DNA from: an uncultured Bacilli bacterium
Lineage (GTDB): Bacteria > Bacillota_I > Bacilli_A > ML615J-28 > CAG-313
Length of the DNA: 64,000 bases
Assembly (NCBI GenBank): GCA_934140285.1
Contig: CAKPBI010000006.1
Span: 7,042 to 71,041 of the forward strand
Direction of reading: 5' to 3'
Under the pieces are notes generated by a model, which was given only the letters and a program-made list of their open reading frames with translations, was not told where the DNA came from and did not search any database. Of this stretch, positions 29,424-38,662 are shown piece by piece. A program made the translations under genes and the position numbers. Within the stretch, counting starts at the first letter, position 1; every line of letters begins with the position of its first letter.

Positions 29424-30320
29424 ATGAATTATCTAAGCGTATTAGAAATTTCTAAACTTTGGAATTTGTCAGAACGCAGTGTTAGAAATTATTGTGCTAA
29501 TGGTAGAATCCCGGGAGCAATTCTTCTAGGTAAGACATGGATGATCCCAAGTAATGCTAAAAAACCAGAAAGAAAGAATAGAGAAAATTTTACTAAAAAT
29601 ACTTTACTTAATATTTTGAAACTTGAAAAAGCAACTAAGCTAAAAGGTGGAATATATCATAAAATTCAAATTGAACTTACATACAATTCTAATCATATGG
29701 AAGGAAGTAAACTTACTAGTGATCAAACTAGATATATTTATGAAACTAATACTATTGGTCAATCTAATGAAATAATAAATGTAGATGATATAATTGAAAC
29801 AGTTAACCATTTTAGATGTATTGATTTAATAATAGATAAAGCCAAACTTAATATTACAGAAAATCTCATAAAACAGCTTCATCTTATTTTAAAAAGTGAA
29901 ACGAGTGATAGTAGAAATAAATGGTTTGTTGTTGGTGATTATAAAAAATTACCAAGTGAAGTTGGCGGTCTTCCTACAACAAAACCAGAAAACGTCAAGG
30001 ATGAAATTAAAACTTTAATTGATTGGTATAACAATATTGAAACTAAAACATTAAATGACATAATTGAATTTTATTATCGTTTTGAATCTATTCATCCGTT
30101 CCAAGATGGTAATGGTAGAGTAGGAAGACTTTTAATGTTTAAAGAATGTTTAAAATACAATATTGTACCTTTTATAATAGATGATAATTTAAAAATGTTT
30201 TATTATAGGGGATTAAAAGAATGGCCAGTGGAAAAAGGGTATTTAATAGATATATGTAAGTCAGCTCAAGATCACTTCAAAAAATACTTAGATTACTTTA
30301 GAATTAAATATGATAAATAG
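29424..30320 (+). CDS. Fic-family AMPylator with N-terminal HTH (class II), paralog of 24296-25183
   Basis: HPFQDGNGRVGR is the Fic motif and SNHMEG the inhibitory motif. The N-terminal HTH is LEISKLWNLSERSVRNYCANGRI. A promoter TTGATA-17-TATAAT and the RBS TGGAGGTG are present. Confidence 0.8.
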   Translation: MNYLSVLEISKLWNLSERSVRNYCANGRIPGAILLGKTWMIPSNAKKPERKNRENFTKNTLLNILKLEKATKLKGGIYHKIQIELTYNSNHMEGSKLTSDQTRYIYETNTIGQSNEIINVDDIIETVNHFRCIDLIIDKAKLNITENLIKQLHLILKSETSDSRNKWFVVGDYKKLPSEVGGLPTTKPENVKDEIKTLIDWYNNIETKTLNDIIEFYYRFESIHPFQDGNGRVGRLLMFKECLKYNIVPFIIDDNLKMFYYRGLKEWPVEKGYLIDICKSAQDHFKKYLDYFRIKYDK

Positions 30321-30388
30321 ATAATTATTATAAAATTACTTCACTTTTTTAAAACTTTGTTACTATATTAGTGAAAGGAGGTATCATT

Positions 30389-31945
30389 ATGCAAAATAAA
30401 GAGCAATTAAAAGAATTAATAGCAAGTGAATATTTAAATAGATTCTTAACATTTTATATAAGCAGAACCTCTTCAATACAAGATGCGGAAGACTTATCAC
30501 AAAAGGCGGCCTGTGAGTGTTTAGATGCTTTAAGTCGTGTTGAAGAAATAAAGAATGTAAATGCTTATTTTTGGAGTATTGCTCATAATGTATATAAAAA
30601 CTACATTAATAGAAAAAATAATTATATTTTAGATGATGATTATTGTAAAATACAAATTATTGACACTTGCGATGATGAAAATAATGAAGAACAAACATTA
30701 CATAATGATATTAGAAAATCACTAAGTATCCTTTCAGGGTTATATCGTAAGATAATAGTACTTTACTATTATCATGAATTAAAAATCAAAGATATAGCCG
30801 AAAAACTTAATATTAGCCAAGACATGGTTAAGTATTATTTGTCAAATGGAAAGAAAAAGTTAAAGGAGATTTATGATATGAATAAGACAATCGGTGAAGT
30901 AAGCTTTAATCCTAAAGATTTTTCAATATACTATTCAGGAATTGATTTTACAAGCATAAACGTGTGGGAACTATTTAAAAGAAAATTACCATGTCAAATT
31001 GCCTTAATATGTTATGCTAAACCTAAATCAGTAACTGAAATTTCTAATGAAGTAGGTTGTAGTAGTTGTTACATTGAAGATGAAATTGCAATACTATTAA
31101 AAGCCGGAGTATTAATTGAAAAAGTAAAGAATAAATATCAAACAAATTTTTGCATTATCAGTAAAGAAGAACTTGATGTTATTGATACAATGTATAAAAA
31201 AATGTATGACGAATATGTAAAAGAAGTTGAAAAAGTTTTTAATGAACATTTTGAACAATTTAAACAAACAAATATTTATAATTATAAAGCTGAAATAGAT
31301 CAATACAAATGGATTTTTGTAGATAGAATCGCAGATATAGATAAAAGAAAGTTAGTTACTAAAGATTCAGATTATCCCAAAATTTTATCGTGTGGTGCAA
31401 GAGGATTAGTTTTTGGATTAGAAGCCAAAACTCCAAAAGGAGTATGTGGTCAAACCCCAACTTCATTAAATGATTATACCCTATGGGCAAGAGATTTATG
31501 GTTATCTAAAAACCATAGTTCCAATCAAGTAATCTTAAGAGATAAAGTAATAGCACAAACCGTCATTGATGTGTATAATGGTATAGTTGATAATAGTAAA
31601 GAAGAATTATATGCCTATTTAATTAAAAACAATATTTTAATTAAAGATAATGGAGTATTAAAAACGACTATTGCCTACTTAAATGAGGATTTTCAAAAAC
31701 TAATGGAAAACATCAATAATGATTTATACGTTAAATTAGAATCATCAACAAACAAAATTAAAGAATATTTAACAAAAATAATAACCAAATCAATTCCAAG
31801 TAATCTAAAAGAATATGTTAATGGATATGTTGTTATTTTAATGGAATTCTTTGCTGGTAACAAAATAATTCAAACTTTAATTGAAAATAATTTTTTAAAT
31901 GATAAAATAAAAAACATCCAAATTAGTTATTTTATCAATAAATAA
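30389..31945 (+). CDS. ECF-type sigma-70 family protein with ~350-aa C-terminal extension, paralog of 25588-27198
   Basis: Region 2 reads IQDAEDLSQKAACE...AYFWSIAHNVY. Region 4 reads YRKIIVLYYYHELKIKDIAEKLNISQDMVKYYLSNGKKKLKE. The RBS AAGGAGG precedes the ATG at 30389. The domain order matches the first sigma-like gene. Confidence 0.55.
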   Translation: MQNKEQLKELIASEYLNRFLTFYISRTSSIQDAEDLSQKAACECLDALSRVEEIKNVNAYFWSIAHNVYKNYINRKNNYILDDDYCKIQIIDTCDDENNEEQTLHNDIRKSLSILSGLYRKIIVLYYYHELKIKDIAEKLNISQDMVKYYLSNGKKKLKEIYDMNKTIGEVSFNPKDFSIYYSGIDFTSINVWELFKRKLPCQIALICYAKPKSVTEISNEVGCSSCYIEDEIAILLKAGVLIEKVKNKYQTNFCIISKEELDVIDTMYKKMYDEYVKEVEKVFNEHFEQFKQTNIYNYKAEIDQYKWIFVDRIADIDKRKLVTKDSDYPKILSCGARGLVFGLEAKTPKGVCGQTPTSLNDYTLWARDLWLSKNHSSNQVILRDKVIAQTVIDVYNGIVDNSKEELYAYLIKNNILIKDNGVLKTTIAYLNEDFQKLMENINNDLYVKLESSTNKIKEYLTKIITKSIPSNLKEYVNGYVVILMEFFAGNKIIQTLIENNFLNDKIKNIQISYFINK

Positions 31946-32023
31946 TAACTTATAAAGTTACAAAAAACTAAATATAGTATATAATATTAAAGAAAACAAA
32001 TAAACTTAAGATAAGGTGATATC

Positions 32024-32731
32024 ATGAAAACATATAGTACTCCCCATTATATTTTTACATATGAAGAAGGAAGTCTTGCGGAAAAAGACATCAAAATGAT
32101 TGCTGATGTCCAAGAAAATAGTTTCAACAAAATATGTGAAACATTAAAAGTAGATTTTCCTGAAAAAATAAAATACTATTTATTAGATTCAAAAGAAGAA
32201 GTTGGAAAACTATATGGTGATAACACTCCTATTAATGGTTTTGCTGTATGGGGAGAAAACAAAGTTTATGTAGTTTATAACAATGATACAAAATGCATTG
32301 GCCCACATGAAGATGCTCATCTTATCTCATTTATTATTAATGCTCCCATATCTGACTTTATTGTTGAAGGCCTCGCAATGTACTTTGACAAAGAATGGTG
32401 GAGACAATCAAATGATAGCTGGGCAGCATATTATAAAAAGAATGATGATACTCTATCTATTTTGAAATTACTAGATAACAATGAATTCTTCAAATATAAT
32501 TGTGAACTAACATATCCCATAGCAGGTTCATTTACTAAATTTTTAATTGAAACTTTTGGTATTTCAAAATACCTCGAACTATACAAAATAAAAACGGAAA
32601 TAAAAAAAGAAGATTTTGAAAATATATTTAACCTTACTCCTTTTGAAATAGAAACAATGTATTGGAATAAAATTAAAGAAATTCCGTTTAATTCAAAAAT
32701 TTTCAAAAAACTATTAAATGATAACAAGTAA
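32024..32731 (+). CDS. hypothetical protein with HEXXH motif (possible small zinc-dependent peptidase)
   Basis: The only recognisable motif is HEDAHLISF. It is a 235-aa protein with no signal peptide. The RBS is AAGGTGA. Confidence 0.35.
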   Translation: MKTYSTPHYIFTYEEGSLAEKDIKMIADVQENSFNKICETLKVDFPEKIKYYLLDSKEEVGKLYGDNTPINGFAVWGENKVYVVYNNDTKCIGPHEDAHLISFIINAPISDFIVEGLAMYFDKEWWRQSNDSWAAYYKKNDDTLSILKLLDNNEFFKYNCELTYPIAGSFTKFLIETFGISKYLELYKIKTEIKKEDFENIFNLTPFEIETMYWNKIKEIPFNSKIFKKLLNDNK

Positions 32732-32749
32732 AATAAAGAGGTATCATCC

Positions 32750-33256
32750 ATGATTAATTTAGTTAAATTAAATTACACAAGCGATAAAGTAGATGAAATA
32801 TTAAAGGAAATGGCCATAATTACGATTGATAATTTATCATACATTTATGGCGATGATATGAAGTCAAATGAAAACATCAAAAGTTATGTAGAATACAAAA
32901 AACAAGCTAAACCCATAACATACTTAATGCATGATGAAACATCAATATTTGGATACTTAACTTTAAGTTTAAGTTCAAAGATATTATATATTGAAGATAT
33001 CCAAATTAAAAATAGCTATCGTAATAATCCAGGAGTCATGTCAATGATTCTAAAAACTATTACTATAGAGTATCTAGAAAATAAAAATCAAATTGATAAA
33101 GTTGTATACTACATTAATAAAAAGAATAAACTTTCACAACATAACTTTTCAAAATTTGCTGAAAAGACCGAAGAAACCAAAAACAGCTATATGTATGCAC
33201 TTAATTTAGAACATCCATTTATTGTAAAGATGATTGATAAAGTAAAAAAGCAATAA
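32750..33256 (+). CDS. putative GNAT-family acetyltransferase
   Basis: At 168 aa it has a GNAT-like size and a weak motif around IEDIQIKNSYRNNPGVMSMIL. Confidence is low. A terminator hairpin lies at 33262-33290. Confidence 0.35.
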   Translation: MINLVKLNYTSDKVDEILKEMAIITIDNLSYIYGDDMKSNENIKSYVEYKKQAKPITYLMHDETSIFGYLTLSLSSKILYIEDIQIKNSYRNNPGVMSMILKTITIEYLENKNQIDKVVYYINKKNKLSQHNFSKFAEKTEETKNSYMYALNLEHPFIVKMIDKVKKQ

Positions 33257-33295
33257 AATAAGTCTAGTAGGAATAAAACTACTAGACTATTTTTA

Positions 33296-33324
33296 TTGAC
33301 AAAACTAATGTGATTAGTTATAAT
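33296..33324 (+). promoter_or_regulatory. consensus sigma-70 promoter (TTGACA-17-TATAAT) with embedded palindrome AACTAAT-GTG-ATTAGTT (33303-33319) upstream of tetR
   Basis: The -35 and -10 elements are perfect. The 7-bp inverted repeat lies within the spacer and is a likely TetR operator. Confidence 0.6.
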
Positions 33325-33351
33325 ATAACTACAATTAGTTTGGAGGCCAAT

Positions 33352-33918
33352 ATGTCTAAAAATAATATTAACGAACAACTTATTATTGAAACAGCAGCAT
33401 CCCTAGTTAATAAAGTAGGTTTAACTAATTTATCATTAAAACTAGTGGCAGAAGAATTAAATATTAAATCACCATCTTTATATAATCATATTTCTAGTTT
33501 GGAAGAACTAAAATCCAAACTTATGATCTATGGATGGAGATGCCTTGAAGAAAAGATAATTGATGCTGCAGTAGGAGTAACTGGATATGATGCTATAAAA
33601 AATATGTGTTATGCCTTTTATGATTATGCTACAACTAATAAAGGTATATTTACAACAATGCTTTGGTACAACAAATTTGAAAGTGTGGAAAAAGCTACAA
33701 CAAAACTATTTAATATTGTATTTAAAATAATGAAACCACTAAATATTAGTGAAGATAATATAAATCATATAATAAGAACACTAAGAGGATTCTTAGATGG
33801 CTTTGCTTTGCTTGTAAATAACGATGCATTTGGCAATCCGCTTCCTATAAAGGAAAGTTTTGATTTATCCCTTGAAATAATTATTAATGGCATAAAAACC
33901 CTAGAAGGAGTGAACTAA
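33352..33918 (+). CDS. TetR/AcrR-family transcriptional regulator
   Basis: The N-terminal HTH reads IETAASLVNKVGLTNLSLKLVAEELNIKSPSLYNHI. The RBS is TGGAGG. Confidence 0.7.
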   Translation: MSKNNINEQLIIETAASLVNKVGLTNLSLKLVAEELNIKSPSLYNHISSLEELKSKLMIYGWRCLEEKIIDAAVGVTGYDAIKNMCYAFYDYATTNKGIFTTMLWYNKFESVEKATTKLFNIVFKIMKPLNISEDNINHIIRTLRGFLDGFALLVNNDAFGNPLPIKESFDLSLEIIINGIKTLEGVN

Positions 33919-33919
33919 A

Positions 33920-34678
33920 ATGAATGATTATATCAATTTAACGCATGATAACATTGAAAAAGAACATATTTGTTGTGCCATTGGAGACAAAAAACATCAA
34001 AAAGGTGTTGAAAAGAAAAAACAATGGATTGAAAGAAAACTTGATGATGGTCATATTTTTCGAAAACTAAATGCTAGAGGCAAAGTATTTATAGAATATG
34101 AACCAATTGAAACCGCATGGGTACCAATCAATGGACATAATTATGAATATATTTATTGCTTGTGGGTAGCTGGTAGTTTCAAAGGAAAAGGAATTGCAAA
34201 AGAACTTTTAGAATATGCCATAGCTGACGCAAGATCAAAAGGTATGAGTGGTATTTGTACAATAACTTCCAAAAAGAAAAAACCTTTTATTGGCGAAAAA
34301 GCCTTCTACCTTCATTATAACTTTAAAGTAGTAGATGAAATTGATGATTATGAACTACTAGCATTAGAATTTAATAATGATGAGACACCTAAATTTAATG
34401 AAAATGCAAAACTTATGAAAATAGATAATCAAGACTTTACAATTTATTATAGTAATGAGTGTCCTTATGTTGAATATGAAGTAGAAGAACTTAGTGAATA
34501 TGCGAAAAATAATAATATAATAATTAACTTCATAAAAGTTGATACATTAGAAAAAGCTAAAAGTGTACCTTGTATTTTTAACAATTGGGCTAACTTTTAT
34601 AAGGGTAAGTTCATATCAAACACAATTCTAAACGCTAATGCTTTAGAAAAATTAATTAAAAGTTTAAATAATGACTAA
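33920..34678 (+). CDS. GNAT-family N-acetyltransferase with YoaP-like C-terminal domain
   Basis: CLWVAGSFKGKGIAKELLEYAIADAR is the acetyl-CoA binding Q/RxxGxG/A-like motif. The architecture is two-domain. Confidence 0.55.
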   Translation: MNDYINLTHDNIEKEHICCAIGDKKHQKGVEKKKQWIERKLDDGHIFRKLNARGKVFIEYEPIETAWVPINGHNYEYIYCLWVAGSFKGKGIAKELLEYAIADARSKGMSGICTITSKKKKPFIGEKAFYLHYNFKVVDEIDDYELLALEFNNDETPKFNENAKLMKIDNQDFTIYYSNECPYVEYEVEELSEYAKNNNIIINFIKVDTLEKAKSVPCIFNNWANFYKGKFISNTILNANALEKLIKSLNND

Positions 34679-34693
34679 TTTTAGGAGAATTAT

Positions 34694-35266
34694 ATGAATG
34701 AACGTCCCAACTTAACTAAAGAATTAAAGGTAGAAACATTTCTTAATTATTATTATTTAAAAGAAGAATTAATTAATTTTTGTAAAGAATATAACTTACC
34801 ATCATCAGGTAGTAAGATTGAACTAACTAACCGTATTGCATATTTCCTTAAAACAGGTTTAATCCAAAAACCTGAACGTAAAAAAACAATTAAACAACAT
34901 CATCAAGACATTACTGAAGATTCACTGATTGAACCAAATTTTGTGTACTCAGAAGAAAATAGAGCCTTCTTTGTCAGCAAAATTGGTAAAAGCTTTTCAT
35001 TCAATGTTTTATTTCAAAAATGGTTGAAAACAAACGCTGGTAAAACATATAAAGATGCTATCAATGCCTATTATGAAATACTAAATACCAAGAAAAAAAC
35101 AAACACGCCAATTGATAAGCAATTTGAATATAACACCTATATTCGTGATTTCTTTAAAGAAAACCACAACAAAACTTTAGCTGATGCTATAATTTGTTGG
35201 AAATATAAAAAGAGTCTACCTGGTCACAATCGCTATGAACCATCAGACCTTAAAGCATTAGATTAA
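34694..35266 (+). CDS. SAP-domain-containing hypothetical protein
   Basis: LKEELINFCKEYNLPSSGSKIELTNRIAYFL matches the SAP motif pattern. Confidence 0.4.
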   Translation: MNERPNLTKELKVETFLNYYYLKEELINFCKEYNLPSSGSKIELTNRIAYFLKTGLIQKPERKKTIKQHHQDITEDSLIEPNFVYSEENRAFFVSKIGKSFSFNVLFQKWLKTNAGKTYKDAINAYYEILNTKKKTNTPIDKQFEYNTYIRDFFKENHNKTLADAIICWKYKKSLPGHNRYEPSDLKALD

Positions 35267-35337
35267 TAAAAACAAATTACTTGACTTATAGCTATATTAT
35301 AATGTTATAATTTAACTATAAAAATGGAGGGAATAAA

Positions 35338-35994
35338 ATGAAAACAATCACAATAACAGGAATCGGCAAACTATCAGTTAAACCAGATTTAATCGTAATC
35401 TCTATGCAGCTTGATACCGAAAACAAAGAATATGATCAAGCAATGCTTTCAGCAAGTGAAAAAATTAATGCCTTAAATAAATCACTAGAAGAACTAGGAT
35501 TTAGTAAAGATGCTTTAAAAACTACAAACTTTAATGTTCGTACAATCTATGAAAATATAAAAGATGAAACTGGTAGATATAAAAATGTATTTAAAGGTTA
35601 TTCTTGTATTCATAACTTAAAGTTAGAATTTGACTTTGATACCAAACAACTATCAAAAGTATTATCAAGAATATCTAACTGTATCGCAAAACCAGAACTT
35701 TCGATTTTATTTACCATAGAAGATAAAACAAAGATAAACGAAGAACTTTTAAAATCAGCTTCTTTCAATGCCTTAGAAAAAGCAAAAATCCTATGTCTTG
35801 CTTCAAACGTAAAACTAGGTAATCTTATATCAATTAATTATAGTTGGGGAGAACTAAATGTTCATTCAGATACTAACTATAAAGTAGAAGCAAGATGTAT
35901 GATGAAAGCAGAATCTTGTCTTTCTAATATAGATATTGAACCTGAAGATATCGATATAACAGATTCTGCAACTTTTGTTTGGAAAATAATTTAA
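35338..35994 (+). CDS. SIMPL/DUF541-family protein (YggE-like)
   Basis: The N-terminus ITITGIGKLSVKPDLIVISMQLDTE and its size fit DUF541. A bidirectional terminator lies at 36014-36038. Confidence 0.4.
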   Translation: MKTITITGIGKLSVKPDLIVISMQLDTENKEYDQAMLSASEKINALNKSLEELGFSKDALKTTNFNVRTIYENIKDETGRYKNVFKGYSCIHNLKLEFDFDTKQLSKVLSRISNCIAKPELSILFTIEDKTKINEELLKSASFNALEKAKILCLASNVKLGNLISINYSWGELNVHSDTNYKVEARCMMKAESCLSNIDIEPEDIDITDSATFVWKII

Positions 35995-36021
35995 ATATAA
36001 AAAAGAATACACAAAAAGCCA

Positions 36022-36660
36022 TCAGTTTTGATGGCTTATTTCATTATGTGATAAAAATAAATGAATTCCAATTGCAGCATTAAAACCCGTAGCTGCAAAA
36101 ACACTAAATCTCTCAACAATACCAAAATATCTTTCTGGTACTATCTTCATGCCAAGAGCACCAACTAACATCATACCAAGGGCAACACAGGCACATATTG
36201 CGTAGGACAATAGACTTTTATCTTTAAATCCAGCAATAATAATAATAACTAAAGATGAAATAGATAAGAGTACTACCAAAACAGTAACAACCATATGCAT
36301 AACATCTTGGAATTCTCCTTGATAGCCACTTGCACTCAGTGGAAACATACGATATCCAACCGCAGAAATCCATTCCATCCCCGCAAACATATGCACGCCT
36401 ATTCTTAATAACTTAGTTTTTTTGTTACTAATCCAAACACATACCATCATAATACTTAGTACTTCACAAACATTGTAAAAGCTACTAAGTTGATTCCATA
36501 AAGCAAGTGAAGGTGAGTTTGTGGCACTAAGATCACTTACCGCTTGTCTCATCCAATCATATCCTGGATATGCAAGTGGTGAAAATATTACAGCAATACT
36601 ATAGGATAGTAGACTAACTACCCCAAGCAATCCACAATAGTTTAATAAACTTTTTTTCAT
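36022..36660 (-). CDS. polytopic membrane protein, hypothetical (co-transcribed with TetR)
   Basis: This 212-aa ORF has 5-6 TM segments. It overlaps the tetR stop by 1 nt. Confidence 0.4.
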   Translation of the reverse strand: MKKSLLNYCGLLGVVSLLSYSIAVIFSPLAYPGYDWMRQAVSDLSATNSPSLALWNQLSSFYNVCEVLSIMMVCVWISNKKTKLLRIGVHMFAGMEWISAVGYRMFPLSASGYQGEFQDVMHMVVTVLVVLLSISSLVIIIIAGFKDKSLLSYAICACVALGMMLVGALGMKIVPERYFGIVERFSVFAATGFNAAIGIHLFLSHNEISHQN

Positions 36661-37271
36661 TAATCATTACTCTTTACTTCGTGGGTTTTACAAAAACATT
36701 GAAGATATTCATCAAGCAAAGAATTATCAAAACTTAAATTAGCTATCAAATTATCTTCCCTTAAATCAATTAACTCATGTGTGGTAAAAGCAAAAGATAA
36801 AGCTTCAATCTTAATGTTAGAAAAGGACAATAAATTATGTTTACTCATACCAACGAATAACATATTGGTTGCTTGAATCATTTTATTAGTTTCTTCAACT
36901 AAGATAGCAGCTGCAGTAGATGATATAGAACGTTCACTATAAATTACTTTATAAAAATTCTTCATATCTTTTTGTTCTACCATACTAATATAACTATATA
37001 CAGCAGTTTGTAATATTTTTAAAGGATCTTTTTCTTCAAATATTTTAACATAATCAATATCATTAACATTACTTGCATCTCTAGTTTTATTTCTTAAAAA
37101 CAAGTATAATTCATTAATTAATTCATCTTTTGATGAAAAATGATTATATAATGAAGGTTTCTTAATGCCTATTTTTTCAGCAATCATATTCATAGCAATC
37201 CCCCTAATACCATAAATCGATGTTATATCAAGAGTAGCCATTAAAATAGTTTCTTTTCCATTTATTTTCAT
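36660..37271 (-). CDS. TetR/AcrR-family transcriptional regulator
   Basis: The HTH reads ITSIYGIRGIAMNMIAEKIGIKKPSLYNHF. The 20-bp perfect palindrome AAACTACCGAACGGTAGTTT (37285-37304) lies immediately upstream. Confidence 0.65.
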   Translation of the reverse strand: MKINGKETILMATLDITSIYGIRGIAMNMIAEKIGIKKPSLYNHFSSKDELINELYLFLRNKTRDASNVNDIDYVKIFEEKDPLKILQTAVYSYISMVEQKDMKNFYKVIYSERSISSTAAAILVEETNKMIQATNMLFVGMSKHNLLSFSNIKIEALSFAFTTHELIDLREDNLIANLSFDNSLLDEYLQCFCKTHEVKSND

Positions 37272-37284
37272 AAACACTTCTAAA

Positions 37285-37304
37285 CTACCGAACGGTAGTT
37301 TTTA
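37285..37304. promoter_or_regulatory. 20-bp perfect palindrome AAACTACCGAACGGTAGTTT, candidate TetR operator
   Basis: This perfect inverted repeat lies 8-27 bp upstream of the minus-strand tetR start. Confidence 0.5.
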
Positions 37305-37499
37305 TTTTCTTTTTTCAAATAATTAAACCTACAAAAACTATATCTTTTATTAATTGCTAAAAAAAGGGAAATATGCTATAATGTTACTGAAATAATAAGA
37401 AGGAAATTGTTGAAATTATTAAGTATTATATCAACACCTTTCTTATAATCAACATAATAATATTATATTATTATATATAATAAGGAAAGGAATTATCTC

Positions 37500-37796
37500 A
37501 TGGTAAAACACATTGTTTGTTTTAAACTAAAAGACAATAGTCTTGAAAATTGCTTAAAAACTAAAGAAATACTTATGTCGATGAAAGGAAATGTTGAAAA
37601 CCTAGTAGATATTAAAGTAGGTATTGATTACTTACATTCAGAACGTTCATATGACATTATTTTAGAAACCATCTTTAATACAAAAGAAGATGTTCAAAAA
37701 TATCAAAGTGATCCTTATCATTGTAATGTTGTAAAAAAACATATGCACGCGGTAAGAGAAGCAAGCATCGCAATCGATTATGAAATGGAGGACTAA
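37500..37796 (+). CDS. Dabb (stress-responsive alpha/beta barrel) family protein
   Basis: MVKHIVCFKLKD is the typical Dabb start. It is 98 aa. The RBS is AAGGAAAGG. Confidence 0.6.
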   Translation: MVKHIVCFKLKDNSLENCLKTKEILMSMKGNVENLVDIKVGIDYLHSERSYDIILETIFNTKEDVQKYQSDPYHCNVVKKHMHAVREASIAIDYEMED

Positions 37797-37799
37797 ACA

Positions 37800-38522
37800 A
37801 TGTTACAATTTAAAATCAAAGATCATCAAATAGGAAAAGACATCTGGATGAGTAAAACTGATTTATTTCATAACTTCTATGGTGAATTTTACAACTTCAT
37901 CTTAAATAATGGTGGCCAAGAAGATTTAGAAAGCCATGACATACATAATATCAATGATTTTTACAATTACGCTGATTGGAATGCTGATGGCAAAGATAGT
38001 TGCTATGCAATGGGATTTTCTTTTCATAAATATTACCTAACCCCTGGAGTTGGTAGAACTATCCAAGATCAACCAGAAACTACATTTATTGGATATTGTT
38101 ATAAAAATCAAATGTTTACTGACTTTCTTAATTTCCTAATTACCTTTTTCGCATGGTGGCGAAATGATGAAGGTTGTACTTGTTTTGATCCATACAACCA
38201 CGCAGATGAATTTTTTAACTCATCTTGGGCAGCCCTAGTTGATACATCTAAATTATTTTATCTATCAAGTGAAACTGTATATCACTGGCAATCATTTAGA
38301 GTAAAATATGCTTTAGATAATATTCCTGGAGTGATATTACATTACCCAGAAAATGAAAAAGATCGCTTAAGAGTCGCTGGCTATGAATTCATGGGATTTA
38401 CTAGTGATGATGGTTTAGTAGCAGAACTAAAACAAAAAGATACCTACAACTACTGGGAAAAAGAAGAAAAGACCATTAAGAAAGTTTATATTAAAGACTA
38501 CAAGAAAGTAGACCCTGCATAA
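37800..38522 (+). CDS. hypothetical protein
   Basis: This 240-aa ORF is Trp/Tyr/Phe-rich. No recognisable motifs were found. The RBS is TGGAGG. Confidence 0.3.
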   Translation: MLQFKIKDHQIGKDIWMSKTDLFHNFYGEFYNFILNNGGQEDLESHDIHNINDFYNYADWNADGKDSCYAMGFSFHKYYLTPGVGRTIQDQPETTFIGYCYKNQMFTDFLNFLITFFAWWRNDEGCTCFDPYNHADEFFNSSWAALVDTSKLFYLSSETVYHWQSFRVKYALDNIPGVILHYPENEKDRLRVAGYEFMGFTSDDGLVAELKQKDTYNYWEKEEKTIKKVYIKDYKKVDPA

Positions 38523-38662
38523 TTATTTATAAATACTCTATTTGTTTTAAAATAATTAGTTCCATAAATAATTATTTTGATAATGTTGGAGTTACTAAAT
38601 TTTCCCTAAAAGAGCTAAAATAGTAGTTTTGATATAATTTAAAAGAAAATGTAGGTGAAAAT

